DNA of 64,000 nt from an uncultured Verrucomicrobiae bacterium (GTDB lineage Bacteria; Verrucomicrobiota; Verrucomicrobiia; Limisphaerales; UBA11358). The stretch covers positions 692,493-756,492 of the forward strand of contig CAVQPQ010000003.1 in assembly GCA_963714695.1 (NCBI GenBank), written 5' to 3'. The notes under the pieces were generated by a model that searched no databases, was not told the DNA's origin, and was given only the letters and a program-made list of their open reading frames with translations. Positions 43,901 through 52,175 of this stretch are shown here, piece after piece (positions within the stretch are counted from its first letter, which is position 1; the number at the start of each line of letters is the position of its first letter). Position numbers and translations under genes: made by a program.

Positions 43901-46813
43901 TTAGTGCACCGCCACCGCCGGACGCAACGGAGCAGCTTGGGCTTGGAGCGCCAGCACCTTCCGCGACAGGTCTGCCGACGTCGCGGTCAGCAAAATCTCG
44001 CCAGGTTGCCGGGCAGATTGCACAATCACCTGCGCCAGACCGTTGAAGACGCTCCGCTTCCATACCGGCAACTCGGGTTTTTCCTGGAACAGCAGTGTAA
44101 CCCCCTTGTTGACACCTCCGGCACCGGCACCATTCGCGACCGCCACGGCGATGGTGTTCGTGCCGGGATGCAGGAAGCGTTTGACATCAAAACTCGGGGT
44201 CGCCTGCCAGTCATGCGACTCGCCGGCCATCTGCCCGTTCACATAAACCCAGCCTTCATCGTCAATCATGCCGAAACTCAGCTTGACGGTTTCCACCGCA
44301 AGATCCTGTTCCGACACGGTGACGTGGCCGCGAAAGACGCCGTTTTCTCCTTCCACCAGCGGGCCGGAGTCCGAACGCACGTTGTCTTTTTCCCATGCCG
44401 AGTCGTCGAAATTCACGCCGAGCTCAGGAAGGTTTGCCAGGCGCGCGTTGGGAATCCGGGTCCATTTCCAATCGGTCACCAGAGTGGAATGAACCGGCCA
44501 TTTTGCCAGATAGATATCCGGCTCGTGTGATGACGGATCGCCGTTGCCGACACCGATGATTTTGCCGGCGCCTTGAATCGCGAAGGTGATTTCGTTGCCG
44601 GCGATGGGCACTCTCCGTCCGCGGGCATCGTTGACCTGGACGGTGATGATCGAAACGTCCTCACCATCAGCTTTGATGATCGCGCGGTCCGGAATGAGCT
44701 GGATGGCCGCCGGCTCGCCGGTGGTATCAACCTGGTCTTTGGCGATTTCCTTGCCGTCTTTGTAGCCACGCGCCAGCAGCGTGCCCGGTTCGTATTTCAC
44801 CTTCCACTCCAAGTGCCCATTTTTCTCCATTGTCTTCCGGCCCAAACTCAGGCCGTTCAGGAAGAGTTCGACCTCCTCGCAATTGCTGAAGCACTTGACG
44901 TCAATTTCCCGGCCTTCCTTGCCCGGCCAGTTCCAATGCGGGAAAATGTGGACCATGGGTTCGTCCATCCACCACGCTTTCAGATAATAAAAGCTGTCTT
45001 TGGGAAAGCCACAGGCGTCGAGAATGCCATACTGGCAGATGATGGCCGGATAACTAAAGGGGGTTTCCTCGCCGCGGTAATCGAATCCGGTCCAATAAAA
45101 CAATCCGGCAAGGTATGGTCTGGCGGCGTAGTGTTTCCAGCCAATCTCGCAGTTGCCGCCGGAATCGCCGTACTCGAGCGGTGCCATGTGGGCATTGGGC
45201 CGGTCATCGAAATAGACGCCACGGGTTCCCTGGGTGGTGGTTTCCTCGGTGCCGATCCCCGGCTGGTTGGGAAATTGGGCATGTTGATTGTCCGTGCTTT
45301 TGCCCGTGATGTAATTATATCCCATCACATCAATGACGCTGGAAATTCCCCCGCCCCAGCCTCCGCTGATGGCAACGGTGACAGGACGGGTGGGGTCAAG
45401 ATGTTTGGCCACCGCCTGCATGGTGGCAGCGATGCGGGCGCCTTTCTCGTTGCCTTCAATGCCCCACTCTTCATTGCCCATCGACCACAGGATGACGCTG
45501 GGATGGTTCCGGTCACGCAGGATCATCCGCTTGAGATGGTCGAGTTGATCTTCCGACGTTCCCATCAGCCGGTTTTCGTCGAGCACCACCATGCCCAGCC
45601 GGTCGCAAGCATCGAGCAGTTCGGGCGTGGGAGGATTGTGCGAGCAACGATAGGCGTTGCAACCAAACGTCTTGAGGCGCGCGACGCGAAAATTCAGAAG
45701 CGCATCGGGAATGGCCGCGCCTACCCCGGCATGATCCTGGTGGTTGTTGACGCCTTTCAACTCGACGTGTTTGCCATTCAGGAAAAATCCCAGGTTGGGA
45801 TCGAACCGGATCGTACGGATGCCAAAGGACGTTTCGTAGCGGTCCACGGCCGTTCCGCCCGCGCGGATTGTGGTGATGAGTTTGTACAGACTGGGCGTCT
45901 CAATGGACCAGAGTTTGGGATTGGCAACCTTCATCACGCAGGAAAATTCGCCGGTGTCCCACACCCGCAGCCCGGCTTGTTTTACCTGTCCTTGCGCGAC
46001 CGTTTTGCCGTCCGCATCCACAATGGCCTGCTCGACATCGAAGCTGGCGGCGTTGGTGCCTTCATTGACAACCGTGACCCGCGCGGTGACATCGGCGGCA
46101 TTATCCTTCACCTCGGAGGTGACGAACGTGCCATCGCGCTCGACGTGCAGCGGGCCGGTTTTGACCAGCCAGACGTGGCGATAGATGCCCGCGCCCTCGT
46201 AGAACCAGCCTTCCTCCATCGTGGCGTCCGCGCGCACGGCGATGACGTTGTTCCCGCCGTAGTTCAGGAATTCGCCGATGTTGTAGCCAAAGCTCGAATA
46301 GCCGCTTGCCTCACGACCGAGATAATGGCCGTTGACCCAGACCATCGAATCGCGGAAAACGCCATCGAACTCGACACTGATGCGCCGACCGAGATCGGAT
46401 TCGGGGAGGAAGAAGGACCTGCGATACCAGCCGACGGAGGTGTCGGGGAAATTCCGTCCAATGGACTTGTAGCCGTGGCTGTGGCTGCCCCGGCCATCAA
46501 ACGGCACTTCCACAGCCCAGTCGTGGGGCAAATCCAGCATCCGCCAAGCGCGATCGTCAAAATTGGCCGCCGCCGCCCCGTCGCCATAGCCAGTCTTGGC
46601 GAGATAGGAGAAATAACCCGTTCCGGTGTTGAAATCTTTCTGCACATCGGATGGGTGACCGAAAGCGAAGCGCCAGCCGGAGTCCATGAGCAACCGCTCG
46701 CGAACGGCTGGCGCGGCGGTTGGCGATGAAACTTGAGCTGTGATCGGCGTCAGGAGGGCGGCAACGAAAACGCTGGTTGTAACAACAAGGAGCCCATTTG
46801 ATTGTTTTTTCAT
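43901..46813 (-). CDS. GH2 beta-galactosidase-family enzyme with extra C-terminal domains
   Basis: 970-aa ORF with a signal peptide. It has a GH2 sugar-binding N-terminus (DDRAWRMLDLPHDW) and an acid/base motif (NHPSVILWSMGNEEWG). A long Ig-like/CBM-like C-terminal extension follows. Confidence 0.9.
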   Translation of the reverse strand: MKKQSNGLLVVTTSVFVAALLTPITAQVSSPTAAPAVRERLLMDSGWRFAFGHPSDVQKDFNTGTGYFSYLAKTGYGDGAAAANFDDRAWRMLDLPHDWAVEVPFDGRGSHSHGYKSIGRNFPDTSVGWYRRSFFLPESDLGRRISVEFDGVFRDSMVWVNGHYLGREASGYSSFGYNIGEFLNYGGNNVIAVRADATMEEGWFYEGAGIYRHVWLVKTGPLHVERDGTFVTSEVKDNAADVTARVTVVNEGTNAASFDVEQAIVDADGKTVAQGQVKQAGLRVWDTGEFSCVMKVANPKLWSIETPSLYKLITTIRAGGTAVDRYETSFGIRTIRFDPNLGFFLNGKHVELKGVNNHQDHAGVGAAIPDALLNFRVARLKTFGCNAYRCSHNPPTPELLDACDRLGMVVLDENRLMGTSEDQLDHLKRMILRDRNHPSVILWSMGNEEWGIEGNEKGARIAATMQAVAKHLDPTRPVTVAISGGWGGGISSVIDVMGYNYITGKSTDNQHAQFPNQPGIGTEETTTQGTRGVYFDDRPNAHMAPLEYGDSGGNCEIGWKHYAARPYLAGLFYWTGFDYRGEETPFSYPAIICQYGILDACGFPKDSFYYLKAWWMDEPMVHIFPHWNWPGKEGREIDVKCFSNCEEVELFLNGLSLGRKTMEKNGHLEWKVKYEPGTLLARGYKDGKEIAKDQVDTTGEPAAIQLIPDRAIIKADGEDVSIITVQVNDARGRRVPIAGNEITFAIQGAGKIIGVGNGDPSSHEPDIYLAKWPVHSTLVTDWKWTRIPNARLANLPELGVNFDDSAWEKDNVRSDSGPLVEGENGVFRGHVTVSEQDLAVETVKLSFGMIDDEGWVYVNGQMAGESHDWQATPSFDVKRFLHPGTNTIAVAVANGAGAGGVNKGVTLLFQEKPELPVWKRSVFNGLAQVIVQSARQPGEILLTATSADLSRKVLALQAQAAPLRPAVAVH

Positions 46814-46953
46814 TTTTTATCCGGTCGGTTTTTTCCAGCCGGGAAAACTACAGCCCTGAGGCGAAAGATGCACGTCTAAAGACGCGCATCCCCGGCGGCA
46901 ATCAGGGCCACCTGCGATACGCGTCCAGAGACATTTTGGGTCGAAGCCTCCGT

Positions 46954-49900
46954 TTATGGCAGCGGCGGACCAACTTTGATGCGATAAAACTTCACTGGCA
47001 ACGTCGCCGCATTGGTGTCCGTCCACGAGAACGGCATCGCCGGCGAATTGGTGATGGACAAAGTGCTCCAGCCCAGCAGATTTGAAGAAACCTGAATGGC
47101 ATAGTCCGGTCCCGTCTGACCGCTAACTTGGAATCCCATTTGACCACCGTTCAGCACGATCGAGGCGGCGGTTGGCTGGGTGAGCGGATTGACCATGACA
47201 GCAAAACTTTGCGTCGCGCTCATGATGGGAGAACCGTTATCGGCGACTTTGATGGTGAACGCGTTGGTCGTGTTGGCGTTGGTCACCGCAGGACGCCAGG
47301 AGAATGCGCCGGTGTTGGTATTCAACGTCGCGCTGCTAATGCCGCTCAAAAGGCTGAAGGTCAGGGTTTGCGGCGGTTGGTCGGTGTCGGTGGCGCTGGC
47401 GGTGAAGGCGACAGTCTGGCCCACATTGACCGTCTGGTTGCCGATCGGCGCCAGCACCGGAGCGGTATTGGCGGGCGGAATCAACAAATCAACGATGGTG
47501 TAGGGCGGGACGGAGACGGTAAACGAGTTCCCCAGCCCCGACACGGTGTTGGTGGAGACGGGATAGCTGGGATAGTCATTGGCGCCGACGTAATTGGTGA
47601 GGCCGAATTGATACCAAGTGCCGGAGCTGGCGAGATTCGGTCCACTGATGTTTACGGTGGCGGCAATGGTGACAAGCGGGTCCATGTTGACCAACATAAC
47701 GCCGGTTTTTCCATCCTGCCGGGTCGTGGCATGGACGCGCAATTCGGTTTGAGCGGACGTAGTGTTGAGGAACGTATCGCCGACATTGGCCAGCAGGTGT
47801 GACATCATTGCGCCGTAATAAGCGTGGCCCGGCGTCTGGTTGGCCTGAAGGATGTCATTATGCAATATCTGGTAATCCACGTTGATGATGCCGTTTTCAA
47901 TCCAAGTCAAATAGTTATCTGCGGTGTAAAGCGCCACCGGTGCGCCGGCGGCGTTCCCGGCGCCGGTTTCGGTGACGGCGATTTGCATTTGCGAGGCGTG
48001 GGCGGCACCCAACTGATTCGTCAATTCCGTTAAAGTGCTGGTAACGTTGGCGACAATCCCGGTTGATGCGGCTAGTGTGGAAGGAGTGTCACTGCCGGGA
48101 TACCAGTGTATAATAACGAAGTCCACGTTGGTGCCAACCGCTTTCAACAACGGGGTGTTATAGGAATTATTGCCGGGGCTAAATCCCACACCGCACAGGA
48201 TGGTGGGGTCCTGCGCCTTCATCACTCTGATGAATTGGACCGAATTCGTACCATAGGCAGCGGGAGAAAGCGCAGGCTGGCCGACGCGAGTAGCGGCGTT
48301 GGTCTCCGGGTAATGCAGGTCGTATTCCCAATCCTGACCAGAATAATACCCGTTGCCACCAACCTCATTGCCAATTTCCCAGTATTTGACACCCCAGTGT
48401 TTGGTATTATTGGCATAGTTCACCCACGCGGCGGCCACATTGGTGTCGCCTCCGGTCGTATTGGACGGATCGGAGCCATAATTGACGGTGATAATTGCCT
48501 GTGCGCCCGCTGGGTTGACGTCAGTATTCATAAAATTGTCAAAGCCGTCGCTCGAAATAACGTAAGCACCGTCAATGCCGGTGTTGTTTGACCAACAATA
48601 AACATCCGCATACGAACCACCCGGATAGCGAACAACTCCGATTCCGGCGGCCTTTAACAATGGAGCCACGCGCGAGTCTATCAAGTAACCATCATAAACT
48701 GCGGTGCAAACTCCCAATCCCTGCAAGGGCATTGCTGCCATCGTGTTTGAAACATTAATGGTGACACTTGTGGGCGGAAGAACGGTCACGCTGGCCACAC
48801 TGCCGGTGAAATTGCCCGAACCATTGTTCACGATGTAGTCGAATCTGAAGGCGCCAGTGCTGAATGGGGTCACAGTCAGACTCACACTGGTGGCGGTGGG
48901 AATGTTGGTCAGGCTGCCGCCGCTGCCACCGTCCGTCTGCCATTGATAGGTCAGTGGAGGATTCCCCACTGCGGGTGAAGTCAACGTGAATGGCGAACCG
49001 ATGTAAAGGGTGCTGGCGGGGGAGACGGACGGCGCGCCGACAATGATGGTAACGACGGCCACGCTGCTGGTGGCGCGACCGGTAATGTTGGTCACGATGT
49101 AGTCGAACCTGAAGGCGCCCGTGTTGGTTGGAGTCACCGTCAGACTCGCGTTGGTGGCGTTGAGAATGTTGTTCAGCGTACCGCCGCTGCCGCCGTCCGT
49201 CTGCCATTGATAGCGCAGAGGAGGATCGCCCGCCGCGGCGGAACCCAGCGTGACTGCGGCACCGATGTAATTGGTTAGGGCTGGCGAGACTGACGGCGCG
49301 CCGGCAAGGAGTACGCTGGAATTCGTTGACAAGCCGATGTCGAAAACCGCGTCATAAGTGGTGGGGCTGCCGAAGGTCATGGCGCCACCAGCAACGGGGA
49401 TAAGCGCAATTTGACCGCCCGAATAGGGGTTGCTGCCGCCGACGGCCATCGCTTCATAGCCGCTGTCGGAAGTGAGGCCGAATGACCAGGCATAAGTAGC
49501 ATTGGTCGCCATCGGCACGGCCAGGTTGGTCCATCTCAGCCAGTCGCCGTCGCTATAGGAGGCAATGGACGCGGTGTAAGTTTGCAGCAGTGTCGCCGAG
49601 GCGCCGGACACGGAAAAAATGTGGAGGTCATAAGACCCGGACGAACCGATACCGCTGTAGGAATTCAAACCGCCGGTCTTCAAGGCAATTGATGTCATTA
49701 CGTATCCCGCCGGGCTGGTCCCGGTGGTGAAGGTCTGGCCCGGCTCGCCGCCGTTATGCCAGCCGACATGATCGTCAGTGTAGTAATTCAGACCACCGGG
49801 TGAGGTTGTGTTGCCGGAGGTGCTCAACTGGGAAATGTCGTTCGGTCCCGGCGTTGGATTGGAGGCGCCCAGGTCAGTAAGGGTTACCTGAGCGTAGCCA

Positions 49901-49959
49901 ATCCCGGACATGGCGCAGGCGGCAAACATTAAAACGGTGGAACGCATGTTTTTTTTCAT
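46954..49959 (-). CDS. large secreted multidomain protein: unknown N-domain, two tandem Ig-like repeats, clan GH-A-like catalytic domain, cadherin/He_PIG-like C-terminal domain
   Basis: The signal peptide starts from the ATG at 49959 or 49947. Two ~87-aa repeats (PSVSP...PPL.YQWQTDGGSGG) occupy nt 48778-49302. A TIM-barrel-like region contains VRYPGGSYAD, KYWEIGNE (acid/base-like NE) and IAVTETG (nucleophile-like TE). The C-terminus reads NTAPVLAPIGNQTVNVGQTVAFTASATDTDQPPQTLTFSL. Confidence 0.8.
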   Translation of the reverse strand: MKKNMRSTVLMFAACAMSGIGYAQVTLTDLGASNPTPGPNDISQLSTSGNTTSPGGLNYYTDDHVGWHNGGEPGQTFTTGTSPAGYVMTSIALKTGGLNSYSGIGSSGSYDLHIFSVSGASATLLQTYTASIASYSDGDWLRWTNLAVPMATNATYAWSFGLTSDSGYEAMAVGGSNPYSGGQIALIPVAGGAMTFGSPTTYDAVFDIGLSTNSSVLLAGAPSVSPALTNYIGAAVTLGSAAAGDPPLRYQWQTDGGSGGTLNNILNATNASLTVTPTNTGAFRFDYIVTNITGRATSSVAVVTIIVGAPSVSPASTLYIGSPFTLTSPAVGNPPLTYQWQTDGGSGGSLTNIPTATSVSLTVTPFSTGAFRFDYIVNNGSGNFTGSVASVTVLPPTSVTINVSNTMAAMPLQGLGVCTAVYDGYLIDSRVAPLLKAAGIGVVRYPGGSYADVYCWSNNTGIDGAYVISSDGFDNFMNTDVNPAGAQAIITVNYGSDPSNTTGGDTNVAAAWVNYANNTKHWGVKYWEIGNEVGGNGYYSGQDWEYDLHYPETNAATRVGQPALSPAAYGTNSVQFIRVMKAQDPTILCGVGFSPGNNSYNTPLLKAVGTNVDFVIIHWYPGSDTPSTLAASTGIVANVTSTLTELTNQLGAAHASQMQIAVTETGAGNAAGAPVALYTADNYLTWIENGIINVDYQILHNDILQANQTPGHAYYGAMMSHLLANVGDTFLNTTSAQTELRVHATTRQDGKTGVMLVNMDPLVTIAATVNISGPNLASSGTWYQFGLTNYVGANDYPSYPVSTNTVSGLGNSFTVSVPPYTIVDLLIPPANTAPVLAPIGNQTVNVGQTVAFTASATDTDQPPQTLTFSLLSGISSATLNTNTGAFSWRPAVTNANTTNAFTIKVADNGSPIMSATQSFAVMVNPLTQPTAASIVLNGGQMGFQVSGQTGPDYAIQVSSNLLGWSTLSITNSPAMPFSWTDTNAATLPVKFYRIKVGPPLP

Positions 49960-50251
49960 TGAAAGACGGTTGAATGGACGTGGGAGGGTGTTGCTAAAAT
50001 TATTCACATGTTTTTACGACAAAATTTACGTTTTACCAGCATAATACATACCACATCTTGCGCTTATTTGTCAACGTAACAATCGTGGCCGATGACGTTT
50101 TTTATCGGTTTCGCAATGATTGCAAATGATGACGGAGTGTTGCGCCTGTTGGTTATATGGTTCGGGAGTCTGACAATGCCAAATCCGCCTGAGTGCCAGC
50201 CGGAGTTCATCACCCACCGTTGCAACAACCAGGAAGAATTTCGTCCGTTCG

Positions 50252-52156
50252 TTATTTCTCCGCCGCGAACACTGCGTAACTGTGCGGCGGCAGATGCACG
50301 GTGAAGGTCATGCTCGGGTCGCCGTTGCCAAACCGGCCGGAACCCTGCGCCTCCCTTTCGCCGGTGGTCACTGCGCCGGTGACCAGGTTGCGGAGCCTAG
50401 TGAACCCGCCCGCGAGGGCAACTTTCACGTCCGTTTCATCCGGCAGGAATGATTCCACGATGAATGTGTGGTTGTCGTAGGCAAAAAGGCTCACCTGGGC
50501 CAAGCCTTCGACATGCACGAAAATATCCTGCGTCAGGGCGCGCTTGATCTGGGCCAGCACCTCGGGAGGCAGATTGTAAATATCGCCGAAATTTTCCGGG
50601 AGGGTCAGAACATAAAGGAAGCCTTTGACATAACCAGCCCGAAGCAACAGCGGGTAAGGAATGCCGGCAGCGGTGCCGGAGACCAGCGCCCATGCGTCGT
50701 TGGTGATGTAATCGAGTTCGGGAATGGTGATTTCCGATTTCCCTTCGATGACGCCCCCAAAACCGCGCGGGTATTCCTTGAGCGTAATCTTTCTGTCTGT
50801 GTAACGAATCTCAGCGATGCCTTCGATGCCCCGGTTCTGCAAGGCGCGAAGCAAGCCGGATGTGATGATGACGTTTTTGCCGTTCATCAACTGCTTTTTG
50901 ATTTTACTCACGATGTTGGGATCAGCCCCGGCTGACTCGGCCAGGAAAATCGTGTGGGCTTCGGTTGGGAATTTCGGGGTCAACTCAAAGGGAATGCCGG
51001 CCATGCCCAGGTAATTCTGGATGTAGTCCTCGCCAACCGAATTGACCGGCTTGTAACTTTTCAAACCCACCGGCTGGCCGAGCTGGCCGAGAAAAGCATC
51101 CACTTGGTCGAAGGTGAATCCCGCCGCACGGGAAATCGTCGCGGGCGCCGCCGAGGTGCCGGCGTCCGGCCGGACCGAGGCCATCATTTGATCGAAATCA
51201 AAACTCGGATGCAGATCCTGCCACGCGCCGCGGTCAGAAGGCTCCATCAGCCGCTGAACCTGGCGCAGGTCGAAAAGCGTGATCTCCGGCGCTTTGGCGA
51301 AAAGCGTCAACCAGAGTTGTTCGGCATAACGATCCGCGTAACGCATGCCGCCGGTGTCCACCCAACCGCCGCCATTGCGGCCGGGGTCGGCGTTTTCGAG
51401 GTAACGAAAGATCAAATAGCCCTGGTATTGCTGGAGATGCTGGGCATTGTTGAACGGCTCGCGTGTTTCCGTGCCGGTGTAGATGCCGTCGAAATACTTC
51501 ACCCCCGCTTCCAAGTTGTAGCCCAGACCCTGATAATGTTCATACCAGTTCGGAAATTTCAGGACCACTTTCACCTTCGGATTGACCGCCTTGGCCGGCT
51601 TCACCACCAAGTCGCGAGCCACCTCGTCCATCTGCTCCAGCCGGAACTGCGTCCAGCTTTTGTCGCCTTTGGCCTTGACGCACTTATCGCACTTGCAGTT
51701 GGTGAAGAAGAAATCGTCGAGAATGATTTCATCAAACTGTCCGGCGGTGTATTCGACGACTTCCTTGAGCTTCCGGCGGTCGGCGGGCGTGCTGTAACAG
51801 AACGACTGGTAGAGGTTGCGTTCGCTGGCCACCGTCGCGATGCCGGCGGCGACGCGGATGCCCCGGCTCTCAAAAAACCGTTTGGCCGTGGCAATTGTCT
51901 CCCGGTCCGGAATGACGCCATCACGATGGGTTTCCAGATAGACCTTGTCCACCTTCAACTGGCTGCCAATGGTGTTCCAGACGTTGGAGAGCCAGACCAG
52001 ATTGGTCATTTGCCGGACTTCATAGGCGCGGCAGTAAACGGACACGACGAAGTTGCTGTAATTGCCCGCCTGGCACACGGAGGGGAACAGGAGCGCGCAC
52101 AAAAGTTTCCCGAGCAACAGTCCAGTGGAGCAGTTTCGATCCTTCATAATCATCAA
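50252..52156 (-). CDS. secreted protein of unknown family (paralog B), candidate glycoside-hydrolase-like
   Basis: 634-aa ORF with a signal peptide (LLGKLLCALLFPSVCQAG). It is collinear with paralog A along its whole length. Its start lies 19 nt downstream of the frameshifted GH2 gene. Confidence 0.8.
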   Translation of the reverse strand: MMIMKDRNCSTGLLLGKLLCALLFPSVCQAGNYSNFVVSVYCRAYEVRQMTNLVWLSNVWNTIGSQLKVDKVYLETHRDGVIPDRETIATAKRFFESRGIRVAAGIATVASERNLYQSFCYSTPADRRKLKEVVEYTAGQFDEIILDDFFFTNCKCDKCVKAKGDKSWTQFRLEQMDEVARDLVVKPAKAVNPKVKVVLKFPNWYEHYQGLGYNLEAGVKYFDGIYTGTETREPFNNAQHLQQYQGYLIFRYLENADPGRNGGGWVDTGGMRYADRYAEQLWLTLFAKAPEITLFDLRQVQRLMEPSDRGAWQDLHPSFDFDQMMASVRPDAGTSAAPATISRAAGFTFDQVDAFLGQLGQPVGLKSYKPVNSVGEDYIQNYLGMAGIPFELTPKFPTEAHTIFLAESAGADPNIVSKIKKQLMNGKNVIITSGLLRALQNRGIEGIAEIRYTDRKITLKEYPRGFGGVIEGKSEITIPELDYITNDAWALVSGTAAGIPYPLLLRAGYVKGFLYVLTLPENFGDIYNLPPEVLAQIKRALTQDIFVHVEGLAQVSLFAYDNHTFIVESFLPDETDVKVALAGGFTRLRNLVTGAVTTGEREAQGSGRFGNGDPSMTFTVHLPPHSYAVFAAEK

Positions 52157-52175
52157 GCAAAAGGCATTTCTTATT

